A stretch of 64,000 nucleotides of DNA from an uncultured Bacillota bacterium (GTDB lineage: Bacteria > Bacillota > Clostridia > Peptostreptococcales > Anaerovoracaceae): contig CAUDEQ010000002.1 of the NCBI GenBank assembly GCA_958448635.1, positions 5,009 through 69,008 on the forward strand, written 5' to 3'. Shown in pieces: positions 1 through 8,936 of the stretch. Every line of letters begins with the position of its first letter. The first letter of the stretch is position 1. Below the pieces are notes generated by a model, which was not told the DNA's origin, ran no database searches, and worked only from the letters and a program-made list of their open reading frames with translations. The translations under genes and the position numbers were made by a program.

Positions 1-125
1 GATTGTTGACAGAGGCAGTTTAGATGATGATAACAAGGAGTAGGCAAATCTTCTTCCTTGCGGACTACAGAAAAGGGCGTCGCACTAACGATTTTTTTCG
101 TTAATGCGATAGCCCTCTTTTAAGA

Positions 126-1340
126 TTATTTGTTGTGAAAGAAGACATCGAGATAAGGCTTGGAAAAATGGAGCCTGGAAAAAAAGAAAAGCTTGCCGTA
201 AAACTCCATGTCGTTTTCTGCGTCAAAGACGGTTTTCAGCTTATTGAGTCGATATCTTATTGTATTCTTATGCTGATACATCTTCTGAGCTGTCATGTCT
301 ACATTACCACTGCATTCGATGAGAGTGATAAGAGTCTCCAGAAGTGGAGAGCGCTGAGTGGTGGTTTCGGACAGCCTGTCCAGTATTCTTTCATAATACA
401 GGCTGGGCTCCAGCAGGTATCTGTCCTTGAACACGATATGGTCAAATGGGGCATCACCTATTTGGACAACATTCTTTTTATCGAGTATGCAGCTGGTATT
501 GGCAAATATTGCGTCCAAAAGTATCGTGCTTATGTCATCAATGCCTATGATATAATCGCTTATCCCTATGCAGGTATCTTTCAGAGCATTATCTGCCTTA
601 AGGATCTTTACAAGGTCTTCTAGAAATCTCTGGAGGAGCTCGTCGTCAGATGAGTTGCTGGTAATTATGAGAAAGATACCGCGCTTGTAGGCGATGAAGG
701 AGTATACGAATTCTGCAGTCCCTGATTTTTCAGGAATATCAGGAGCATTGTCCAAAAGAGCGTTGTTGTATAGCTCCATGGCCTCCTCTGAAATGGAGGA
801 TTTATCCTTACAGTTGGAAATATATGCGCACATCATAGAGCCTGATAGAAAGAATGGGTTTAGCTTTCTTAGAAGGCTCTCCTTATTAAGATTGTCCAGA
901 TTGTCGTTGAATATCAGAGTGTCCAGAACGATTCCGTTGAAGGACGTATACAGACTGTTGAGCGTTTCGTTTTTCACCGCATAAAGGAGCTCATCTATAT
1001 ATGTGTCTGAAAAAAACATGATAGGTATGCTGTGCTCGTTGGAATAGCTCTTAAGCTCATCTGAAATATCCTTGTAATATATATCTTTTATAGCGATGGC
1101 AGCGACGTTGTTGTTAATCAAAAGCTTAAGAGATTTTTCGACGGCATTGGAATCATCCTTAAAGGATGAAAGTGTGGAAATAACGAATTCACCCTTACTG
1201 AAGGATTTTGTAATCTGGAAATCCTGCTCCCATTCAAAAAAACCGGCGCTTGTAACATTGTTGTTTAATCCGTTTTTTCCAGATATGATACGAAAATTCT
1301 TGAATAAAGGCTTTGACAATAAGTTGGCTACTGTTGGCAT
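126..1340 (-). CDS. PucR/CdaR-family transcriptional regulator
   Basis: 404-aa ORF. C-terminal PucR-type helix-turn-helix (TAQKMYQHKNTIRYRLNKLKTVF) and the domain architecture typical of PucR/CdaR. Divergent from the downstream TIM-barrel/cobT genes. Confidence 0.7.
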   Translation of the reverse strand: MPTVANLLSKPLFKNFRIISGKNGLNNNVTSAGFFEWEQDFQITKSFSKGEFVISTLSSFKDDSNAVEKSLKLLINNNVAAIAIKDIYYKDISDELKSYSNEHSIPIMFFSDTYIDELLYAVKNETLNSLYTSFNGIVLDTLIFNDNLDNLNKESLLRKLNPFFLSGSMMCAYISNCKDKSSISEEAMELYNNALLDNAPDIPEKSGTAEFVYSFIAYKRGIFLIITSNSSDDELLQRFLEDLVKILKADNALKDTCIGISDYIIGIDDISTILLDAIFANTSCILDKKNVVQIGDAPFDHIVFKDRYLLEPSLYYERILDRLSETTTQRSPLLETLITLIECSGNVDMTAQKMYQHKNTIRYRLNKLKTVFDAENDMEFYGKLFFFSRLHFSKPYLDVFFHNK

Positions 1341-1642
1341 GTCCGTTTATCGCTCCTTTCATAATGATATTATACACCTTTGCCGGCGAATAACGCCATC
1401 ATTATCTTTGTGAGATTTACAAAGATAACGCATTTCAATTCATGATTTATCCAATTGAAGTTTATGGTGTATATAGTAAAATAGTAAGCGAAGAATAATA
1501 ATGATTTCTGCAAATAATAATGATTGCCACATAGGTTTTACCTATATAATATTGGAGTGGATCGAAACATCACCCTGAATTTCGATTCACTCTTTTCTTT
1601 TGGTGTGATATGATGTGCTAAAGGATTGATGCGCTATATATA

Positions 1643-2455
1643 GTGAGGACAGGCATGATGAAAAGAATAGATAACAGACTGTTCATAGCTACGATATGCA
1701 GTCAGCATGAGACTATAATAGATGAATACGGGATAGGTGTGGAGCTGGATCAGTTCTGCCAGGCGGAGAGAATGGACGCGCCATTAAACCGGGAGGCATG
1801 CCGGGAGATAGAGAGCCTCCTGAAAAGAGCCGATAGGTGTACTTTGCATGCGCCCTTCAGCGAGATTTTCCCTGCTGCAATAGATCCTCGTGCGAGGAGC
1901 CTTGCCATGGAAAGGCTGCAGCAGGCGGCGCAGTATGCTGTGAGATACGATGCAGAGAAGATGATCGTTCATTCAGGATACGTGCCAAGGATATTCTACA
2001 AGGAATGGCATGAGGAAAGATCCGTGGAGTTCTGGGAGGAATTCATGTCTGAAAGGACGGACGGCCTTGAAATCGTAATTGAAAATGTCATGGAGGATGA
2101 GCCGTACATGATGGTAAGGATCATGGAAAGGCTCAAGGCTTCCGGTATAAGGCTGTGTCTCGACACAGGTCATGCGATCTGCTCGGGAAAGCTGCCGGCA
2201 GAGGAATGGCTTGAGGTCATGGCGCCGTATCTGGCTCATCTTCACATACATAATAACGACGGGAGCCATGATTATCACAGACCTGCCTACGAGGGAAAGA
2301 TCGATATGGAGGCCTTTCTTTGTAAGGCTGTCAGTCTCTGTCCGGAGGACACCACATTTACCATTGAGAGTCTGGACGGTATGGGGACAATGAAATGGCT
2401 TAGGGAGCTGGGCTTCATAGGGAAGCCGGTGACAGATACCGATGGAAGAGGGTGA
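1643..2455 (+). CDS. sugar phosphate isomerase/epimerase (xylose-isomerase-like TIM barrel) family protein
   Basis: 270-aa ORF with the His/Asp/Glu-rich motifs of the AP-endonuclease-2/xylose-isomerase-like fold (HSGY, DTGH, HLHIHNNDG). Its stop overlaps the cobT start region. Confidence 0.65.
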   Translation: MRTGMMKRIDNRLFIATICSQHETIIDEYGIGVELDQFCQAERMDAPLNREACREIESLLKRADRCTLHAPFSEIFPAAIDPRARSLAMERLQQAAQYAVRYDAEKMIVHSGYVPRIFYKEWHEERSVEFWEEFMSERTDGLEIVIENVMEDEPYMMVRIMERLKASGIRLCLDTGHAICSGKLPAEEWLEVMAPYLAHLHIHNNDGSHDYHRPAYEGKIDMEAFLCKAVSLCPEDTTFTIESLDGMGTMKWLRELGFIGKPVTDTDGRG

Positions 2456-2459
2456 TTAT

Positions 2460-3641
2460 ATGCGTAGGGAAGAACTCATAGAAAGGATAAAAAGCATAGA
2501 GCCTGTCGATAAAGCCGCGATGGAAAAGGCAGCTGAAAGACAGGAATCCCTGGCAAAGCCTCCCGGAAGCCTGGGGAAGCTGGAGGATATCTCCATTAGA
2601 ATGGCGGGGATCACCGGCAAGGTGAAAAACAGCATAGCCGGAGGCTGTGTGGCTGTATTCTGTGCCGATAACGGAGTGGCAGAGGAAAACGTCAGCTCTG
2701 CGCCACAGAGCGTGACCATGGCGCAGACGGTGAATTTCACCAGAAGACTGACGGGAGTAGGCGCACTGTCGGAAAGCTTCGGAAGTCAGCTGCTGATAGT
2801 GGATATGGGGATAAAAAACGAGATTCCCGAAGGGCTGTACGATACGATCCCGCTGAGGGACACACATAAGATAGTAGACAGAAGGATAAGACCCGGTACA
2901 GATAATATGGCAAAAGGAGACGCCATGAGCGTGGAGGAAGCCTTGAGATGCATCGAGGTGGGCATTGAAATGGCTGAGGCCGTCAGTGAAGGCGTATATG
3001 ACATCATGGGGATCGGAGAGATGGGCATAGGCAACACAACCACCAGCGCCGCCGTTCTGTCTGCCGTCACAGGTCTTGACAGCGGCAGCACATGCGGCAG
3101 GGGCGGTGGAATAAAGGAAGACAGCTTCAGGCGCAAGCGTATTATCGTCGACAAAGTATCGGAGCCTTATCGCAGCAGGGGAGGGGCTGTTGAGATCCTC
3201 AAGGCAAGGCAGGACGAGAAGTCATATCATGAGGCTGCATGCGATATGATGCTGGAAATCCTTGCCCGCATGGGCGGCTTCGACATCTGCGCCATGACGG
3301 GAGCCTTTATAGGGGCGGCCTGCAGGAGACTGCCTGTGGTGATAGACGGATATATTTCGGTGGTGGCGGCTCTGACGGCATATGTGATGGCCCCTGCCTG
3401 CAGAGATTACATGTTCGCCTCACATATTTCAATGGAGAGGGGATATCTGCCGGCTGTGGAGCTTTTGGGGCTGGAGCCGTTTCTGGCGCTGGATATGAGG
3501 CTGGGAGAGGGCAGTGGATGCCCTGTGGCCTTTGAGATAATAAGGGGAGCGTGCGATGTGATGAGGAACATGGCAACCTTCGAGGAGGCCGAGATAAACG
3601 ACGATTATCTCATGGAGATAAGAGGAGGCGACTGCTTCTGA
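2460..3641 (+). CDS. cobT: nicotinate-nucleotide--dimethylbenzimidazole phosphoribosyltransferase
   Basis: Full-length similarity to CobT (GIGEMGIGNTT motif region). Start moved to the ATG at 2460, which has a GGAAGAGGG ribosome-binding site 6 nt upstream (track ORF begins 2442). Confidence 0.9.
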   Translation: MRREELIERIKSIEPVDKAAMEKAAERQESLAKPPGSLGKLEDISIRMAGITGKVKNSIAGGCVAVFCADNGVAEENVSSAPQSVTMAQTVNFTRRLTGVGALSESFGSQLLIVDMGIKNEIPEGLYDTIPLRDTHKIVDRRIRPGTDNMAKGDAMSVEEALRCIEVGIEMAEAVSEGVYDIMGIGEMGIGNTTTSAAVLSAVTGLDSGSTCGRGGGIKEDSFRRKRIIVDKVSEPYRSRGGAVEILKARQDEKSYHEAACDMMLEILARMGGFDICAMTGAFIGAACRRLPVVIDGYISVVAALTAYVMAPACRDYMFASHISMERGYLPAVELLGLEPFLALDMRLGEGSGCPVAFEIIRGACDVMRNMATFEEAEINDDYLMEIRGGDCF

Positions 3642-3676
3642 GCATGAACCGGCATTAAAGCCGGTTCATTCAAAGC

Positions 3677-4966
3677 TCAGTCTATGACAGGCTCGTATCC
3701 GTCATATTCTCCTGCCGCGATGGAAGCTACTGTGGCGAGAGTCCTGTCGATGTCGCCCTCTGTACAGTAAGGGGCGAGACCCAGTCTCACAACTCCGTCA
3801 GGAAGACCAAGAGCTTTCATCGTCTCGATGGCGTAGAAATCTCCGTTCCAGCTGTTGATGGCCTTGGAGCCCAGCACCTTGGAGACGAATTCATTGGAGT
3901 AATCATCCATTGTGAAGACAACGGTAGGCGTTCTCGGCTGACCCTCGGCAGGGCCGTATACGTTGACGCCCTTTATCCTTCTGAGCCCCATTCTCAGCTT
4001 CGTGCCAAGGGGCTCTTCATATGCATCGATGGCAAGCATGCCGGCAACGACGTATTTTCTTCTTCCCTCAAGACCCTTGACCTCTTCTTCGAAATACTCT
4101 ATGTATTTTTCACCTATGGAGGCGATGAAGTTCACCGCAGCCTCACATCCTCGAAGATGCTCATATTGAGGTGTGCCCATGTGGAACTGTCTGGCGCCCT
4201 CTGCGATGTCAGGAGCGCCTGCATTGTTGATTTCCAGACTGTCTATATGCTCCTTTTTGAGATATATGAGACCCATGTGAGGTCCGAACCATTTGTACGG
4301 CGAGCAAACGAGGCAGTCCGTATCTATTGCCTTGACGTCGATGGGAAGATGTGCCGCATAGTGAACGGCATCCACCACTGTAAAGGCGCCGACCTTGTGA
4401 GCCTCATCTATGTATTTTTTCACATCTGTGATGGTGCCGATGCCGTTGGCAGCCCAGTTTACGGCGACAAGCTTCGTCCTGTCGGAAAGCTTGGCTTTGT
4501 AATCATCGAAATCCAGCTGCTGTGTAACGGGATCCAGCCTTACCTCCTTGATGATGCAGCCGTATCTCTCCAGTGATTTCCACGGTGCGATGTTGCACTG
4601 ATGATCGATCTGAGTGACGATGATCTCATCGCCTTCCTTGAAATTCTTGGAAATATTCGCTGCCAGATTGTAGTTGTTTTGGGTAGATGAGCAGTTGTAG
4701 CCCACCTCTTCAGCGTCACAGCCCAGGAAATCGGCGGCTGCCTGTCTTGCAGCGACCTCGATATCGCCCTGCTTGAGTCCTGCCCTGAAGTTCCCGTCTT
4801 CGTTGGCATTGTCGTTGATCATATATCCGGTGATGGCATCAAGAACGCTCTGAGGGACCTGGGTTCCTCCCGGACCGTCCAGATATGCGATGGGAGTTCC
4901 GTTGATCTGAAGCCTGCATGCGGGAAATTCGCTTCGCAGAGCTTCCACGTCAAATTTAAAAGCCAT
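3677..4966 (-). CDS. class V aminotransferase / cysteine desulfurase-like PLP enzyme
   Basis: 429 aa. SufS/CsdA-like fold with the PLP-lysine motif region (CSPYKWFGPHMG). GGAGG ribosome-binding site upstream of the ATG. Confidence 0.8.
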   Translation of the reverse strand: MAFKFDVEALRSEFPACRLQINGTPIAYLDGPGGTQVPQSVLDAITGYMINDNANEDGNFRAGLKQGDIEVAARQAAADFLGCDAEEVGYNCSSTQNNYNLAANISKNFKEGDEIIVTQIDHQCNIAPWKSLERYGCIIKEVRLDPVTQQLDFDDYKAKLSDRTKLVAVNWAANGIGTITDVKKYIDEAHKVGAFTVVDAVHYAAHLPIDVKAIDTDCLVCSPYKWFGPHMGLIYLKKEHIDSLEINNAGAPDIAEGARQFHMGTPQYEHLRGCEAAVNFIASIGEKYIEYFEEEVKGLEGRRKYVVAGMLAIDAYEEPLGTKLRMGLRRIKGVNVYGPAEGQPRTPTVVFTMDDYSNEFVSKVLGSKAINSWNGDFYAIETMKALGLPDGVVRLGLAPYCTEGDIDRTLATVASIAAGEYDGYEPVID

Positions 4967-5265
4967 TTTTATCCTCCTTTTTTCATCGATAAATGTATAA
5001 GTGTATTGTCTTTTCGCCGGTTTTGTTCAATGCATCAAATCATCTTAATTATATAACTTCAATGGGATATTACAAGTGTTTAAAATTACAATCGATCCGT
5101 GCAAATTTGTTCAAAGTACAAAATCAATAGGAGGGTTTCGGAGATCAGGTTTCTGTAAGGGTTATACGTTACAATTTTATATCGCCATGTTTTTGCGGCG
5201 GTAGAATCGTATTTGCTGAAATAAAGGAGGATGTGTGATATAATCTAAGGCGGAGGTCGCGGCAT

Positions 5266-5802
5266 ATGAACATATTCATCAGCGGAGGCTGCAAAAACGG
5301 CAAATCATATTACGCGCAGCGCAGGGCAAAGGACATGGCTTCGGAGAAGGGAGTGCCGCTTTACTATGTGGCGACGATGATACCTCGAGATGAGGAGGAC
5401 AACAGAAGGATCAGAAGGCATATCTCGGAAAGGGCAGGCTGGGGCTTTGAAACCATAGAGCAGGGAAAAGCGCTGACTGAGATTTTGCATGACGACAGCA
5501 TAGATAAAAACGGAGTTTTTCTTCTGGATAGCATAACGGCGCTTCTCGACAATGAAATGTTCGGAGGAAGCGGAGAAATGGACGAAACGGCGGCGGACAG
5601 GGTAAAAAGAGATGTGCTGGAATTTGCCGAGGCTACAGGGAATACCGTGTTCGTGTCGGACTACATATATTCAGACGCAGAGCTGTACGATGAATCCGTC
5701 GAGAGCTACAGACGCGGGCTGGCAGCCGTGGACAGAGCATTGGCGGAGATATGTGATCAGGTCATGGAAATAGGATTCGGTATTGAGGAGAGATGGAAAT
5801 GA
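5266..5802 (+). CDS. cobU: bifunctional adenosylcobinamide kinase / adenosylcobinamide-phosphate guanylyltransferase
   Basis: 178 aa. Walker A motif GGCKNGKS, the guanylylation His region (RRHISERAGW) and the conserved C-terminus. GGAGG ribosome-binding site. Confidence 0.85.
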   Translation: MNIFISGGCKNGKSYYAQRRAKDMASEKGVPLYYVATMIPRDEEDNRRIRRHISERAGWGFETIEQGKALTEILHDDSIDKNGVFLLDSITALLDNEMFGGSGEMDETAADRVKRDVLEFAEATGNTVFVSDYIYSDAELYDESVESYRRGLAAVDRALAEICDQVMEIGFGIEERWK

Positions 5803-6674
5803 AGTATGCAAGAGGGCTTTTAATGGCCATCGGAAATTTCAGTGCCCTGCCATGCCCTTATCATAAGTGGCATGACAACAGCAGAAAGGCCATGCTGAGC
5901 ATGCTGCCTGTGGTGGGACTGATACTGGCAGGGATAATCATCGCAGCATGGTGGCTGCTGGGCATGACGGAGCTCTCGCCTCTTTTCAGAGGGGTAATCC
6001 TCACCGTACTGTATTTCTGCTGCTGCGGATTCATACATCTTGACGGCTTCATGGACTGCTGTGATGCCATACTGTCGCGCAGGCCGGAGCTCCGGGAAAG
6101 ACAGAGGATACTGAAATCGCCTGATGTGGGAGCCTTTGCAGTCATCAGCATGGTTTTGATGATGATGGTGTTTGTCGCTTCCATGGCAGAGCTGGCAGCT
6201 CGCTTCACATTCCGGGAGGCAGGCATACTGCTGATCATAATGTTCATTTCGAGAGCCATAGCCGCAGATCATGTGATGAGAAAGCCGACGATGGCTACAA
6301 GCCAGTATGCGGATATGAATGGGGAGCCCGCCGGGGGAATGCATGACAGCATGAAAAAAGACAACCCCCGTACTGCTGAAAACCATGTGCTGGCATTCAT
6401 GACATACCTGACGGTTATGGTGGTGATAAGTATATGTAGATATTGCTGCAGTGCAGATATGATGAACGGGGGAGAATCAGGAAGCCTTCTGCTCTTCTAT
6501 GTGTTCTGTGCAGGGACGGTATGTGTTCAGATTGCAGTCATATATCTGATAAGCCTCCATGCCAGAAAGCAGCTGGGAGGCATGAGCGGAGATATAGCGG
6601 GATATATGATAGTAATTTCGGAGACGGCAGCAGTTTTCACAGCGGCTGTAATATCTTCATTTACAAATCTGTAG
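5793..6674 (+). CDS. cobS: adenosylcobinamide-GDP ribazoletransferase (cobalamin synthase)
   Basis: Polytopic membrane protein with the CobS signature HLDGFMDCCDA. Overlaps the cobU stop, suggesting translational coupling. Confidence 0.85.
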   Translation: MEMKYARGLLMAIGNFSALPCPYHKWHDNSRKAMLSMLPVVGLILAGIIIAAWWLLGMTELSPLFRGVILTVLYFCCCGFIHLDGFMDCCDAILSRRPELRERQRILKSPDVGAFAVISMVLMMMVFVASMAELAARFTFREAGILLIIMFISRAIAADHVMRKPTMATSQYADMNGEPAGGMHDSMKKDNPRTAENHVLAFMTYLTVMVVISICRYCCSADMMNGGESGSLLLFYVFCAGTVCVQIAVIYLISLHARKQLGGMSGDIAGYMIVISETAAVFTAAVISSFTNL

Positions 6675-6720
6675 TGTGTAAGCAGCGCACAAAAGAGGAT
6701 TGGATGACAGGGAGGATAGG

Positions 6721-7125
6721 ATGATTCTGATATTCGGAGGAGCGTTTCAGGGAAAGCTGGAATACGCCGAAAAAAACTTTGATATAGCTTCCGTATGTGA
6801 CTGCGGTGCAGCATGTGATGATACGGAGGGAAAGTCCTTTGAGGAATGTCTGCCTGATTTTTCAAAGGCTGCAGTATACTCTCTGGAAAAATTCGTACTG
6901 AGGTGCGTCGACGAAGGCGTTGAAGCCGTCGATTATTTCAGAGAGAACAGGGACAAATGGCAGGATAGCATATTGATACTCACGGACGTTTCACAGGGGA
7001 TAGTGCCGATGGAGGCCAGATTGAGAGAATTTCGGGAAATGAACGGCAGACTGATGGTGTATCTGGCAGGTGAAGCGCAGCAGGTTATAAGGGTGTTTTG
7101 CGGAATAGGAAAGAAGGTAAAGTGA
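6721..7125 (+). CDS. truncated CobU-like paralog (degenerate P-loop, lacks central guanylylation region)
   Basis: 134 aa. N-terminal MILIFGGAFQGKLEYA aligns to the CobU P-loop but the canonical GKS/T is GKL. C-terminal ILILTDVSQGIVPMEARLREFREMNGRL...IRVFCGIGKKVK aligns to the CobU C-terminus VVLVTNEVGMGIVPE...RL. About 40 central residues, including the His of the GMP intermediate, are absent. GGGAGGA ribosome-binding site before the ATG. Its stop overlaps the cobC start (ATGA). Confidence 0.55.
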   Translation: MILIFGGAFQGKLEYAEKNFDIASVCDCGAACDDTEGKSFEECLPDFSKAAVYSLEKFVLRCVDEGVEAVDYFRENRDKWQDSILILTDVSQGIVPMEARLREFREMNGRLMVYLAGEAQQVIRVFCGIGKKVK

Positions 7126-7745
7126 TGAAATCCAGAATATGCCTTATAAGGCACGGAATAACTGAAGGAAACAAGAAGAAGCTGTACTACGGACATTCGG
7201 ATATAGATCTGGCAGAGGAAGGGATAACGGAGCTTAAAGAGCTGGTATCCTCCGGGCTTTATCCTGACGGAGAGGGCGCTGACTTTTACACGACTGATCT
7301 GAAGCGTACGCAGCAGACTCTGAAGCTGATATACGGAGAGAGGGAATTTCAGATGATACCTGATCTCAAGGAGATAAATTTCGGCGATTTTGAGATGAAA
7401 AGCTACGGAGAGCTGAAGGAAATAGAGGAGTATAGGCAGTGGCTCAAAAATCCGGGACAGGACCAGGCGCCGCCCAACGGCGAGAGCATCCGGACATTCT
7501 ATGCCAGGATAAAAAAAGGCTTCGAGGAGCTGAAGAAGAAGCATGCTCTGAAGGTATTGTCCATGAGGCATTCCGGCAGGGAGGCCCTGAGCATAGTCAT
7601 ATGCCATGGAGGAACAATTTCGGCAGTGATGGAGGAGGTCTTTCCGGGGAAAAAGGATAATTTCTACCAGTGGATACCTGATCCGGGACACGGCTATATG
7701 CTGACGCTGGAGGACGGTGCGGTGACTTCGGCAGATCCGTTTTAA
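7125..7745 (+). CDS. cobC: alpha-ribazole phosphatase (histidine phosphatase family)
   Basis: Histidine phosphatase motif (LIRHGITEGN) near the N-terminus and catalytic His (ICHGGT) later. Sits in the cob nucleotide-loop cluster. Start at the ATG overlapping the upstream stop. Confidence 0.75.
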   Translation: MKSRICLIRHGITEGNKKKLYYGHSDIDLAEEGITELKELVSSGLYPDGEGADFYTTDLKRTQQTLKLIYGEREFQMIPDLKEINFGDFEMKSYGELKEIEEYRQWLKNPGQDQAPPNGESIRTFYARIKKGFEELKKKHALKVLSMRHSGREALSIVICHGGTISAVMEEVFPGKKDNFYQWIPDPGHGYMLTLEDGAVTSADPF

Positions 7746-7844
7746 TCGTCGTCGGTGAAGCTGTACGGAGGCGGCCATCTAAGCGGCATCATGCCGGATA
7801 ACGATAAGTGAACATCCGGATTTAAAATCGAAAGGGAGAAGAAA

Positions 7845-8762
7845 ATGAGGATAAAGAACACGGTCACAGAGCTTATAGGAGGAACACCTCTGCTTAGGCT
7901 TCAGAGTATGGAGGAAAAGCTGGGATGCGGAGCGAATCTCATCGCCAAGGTGGAATTCTTCAATCCTGCCGGCAGCATCAAGGACAGAGTCGGCTTCAAC
8001 ATGATAACAGAGGCGGAAAAATCCGGCAGGCTCAAGCCGGGAGGCACCATAATAGAGCCCACCAGCGGCAATACGGGAGTAGGTATCGCCATGACTGCAG
8101 CTGCACGAGGCTATAAGGCCATAATGGTAATGCCTGAGAGCATGAGCATGGAAAGAAGGCTGCTGCTGAAGGCGCTGGGTGCAGAGCTGGTGCTTACGGA
8201 TAAGGCTCTTGGTATGCAGGGCAGCGTCGACAAGGCCAATGAGCTGGCAGAGGAAATACCGGGCAGCATAATAGCGGGACAATTCGAAAATCCTGCGAAC
8301 CCACAGGCTCATTACGATACGACGGGTCCTGAAATATGGGAGGATACAGACGGAAATATAGACATCCTGGTGTCGGCCTTCGGCACAGGGGGTACAATAT
8401 CGGGAGTGGGAAAGTACCTGAAGGAAAAGAATCCGGAAATAAAGGTCATAGGTGTGGAGCCGGCATCGTCTCCACTGCTTTCTCAGGGAAAAGCCGGCCC
8501 TCATAAGATACAGGGAATCGGCGCCAACTTCATACCAGAGGTTCTCGACCGCACTGTTATAGATGAGATCATCACAGTGGAGGATGATGATGCCTTGAAT
8601 ACGATGAAGGAAATCTCACGTACGGAGGGGCTGCTGGTAGGCGTGTCCTCAGGTGCGGCAGTATATGCTGCGGCAGCTGCAGGCGCCAGGGCTGAGAACA
8701 AGGGGAAGAACATCGTGGTGATACTTCCTGACACGGGAGAAAGGTATCTCAGTATATTTTGA
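7845..8762 (+). CDS. cysK: cysteine synthase A (O-acetylserine sulfhydrylase)
   Basis: 305 aa. PLP-lysine motif (SIKDR), the TSGNTG glycine loop and GTGGT. Ribosome-binding site AAGGGAGAAG. Confidence 0.9.
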   Translation: MRIKNTVTELIGGTPLLRLQSMEEKLGCGANLIAKVEFFNPAGSIKDRVGFNMITEAEKSGRLKPGGTIIEPTSGNTGVGIAMTAAARGYKAIMVMPESMSMERRLLLKALGAELVLTDKALGMQGSVDKANELAEEIPGSIIAGQFENPANPQAHYDTTGPEIWEDTDGNIDILVSAFGTGGTISGVGKYLKEKNPEIKVIGVEPASSPLLSQGKAGPHKIQGIGANFIPEVLDRTVIDEIITVEDDDALNTMKEISRTEGLLVGVSSGAAVYAAAAAGARAENKGKNIVVILPDTGERYLSIF

Positions 8763-8772
8763 TGGAGGAATC

Positions 8773-8810
8773 GACCGTCGGTAGGTAAGAAGACCGGCGG
8801 TCTTTTATTA
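8773..8810 (+). terminator. intrinsic terminator after cysK
   Basis: GACCGTCGG...CCGGCGGTC stem with one mismatch, then TTTTATT. Confidence 0.55.
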
Positions 8811-8936
8811 AAAAGCTGATTTGTGAAAATCTATTTGCCAAATTACCTTGGATTTTGAAGGTTTATATTTACAAGCCGACAGTTATCACATATTATATAG
8901 GCAGATGTGAGTTAAAAAATTAACAGGAGTGATTTT

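Noticed and set aside
4967-5265. Expected cobalamin riboswitch upstream of cobU, or upstream of the TIM-barrel/cobT unit at 1341-1642
   Set aside because: No B12-box (GCCACTG-like) or the conserved GGTGAAA/GGGAA elements are visible in either leader. The cob module here appears not to be riboswitch-controlled.
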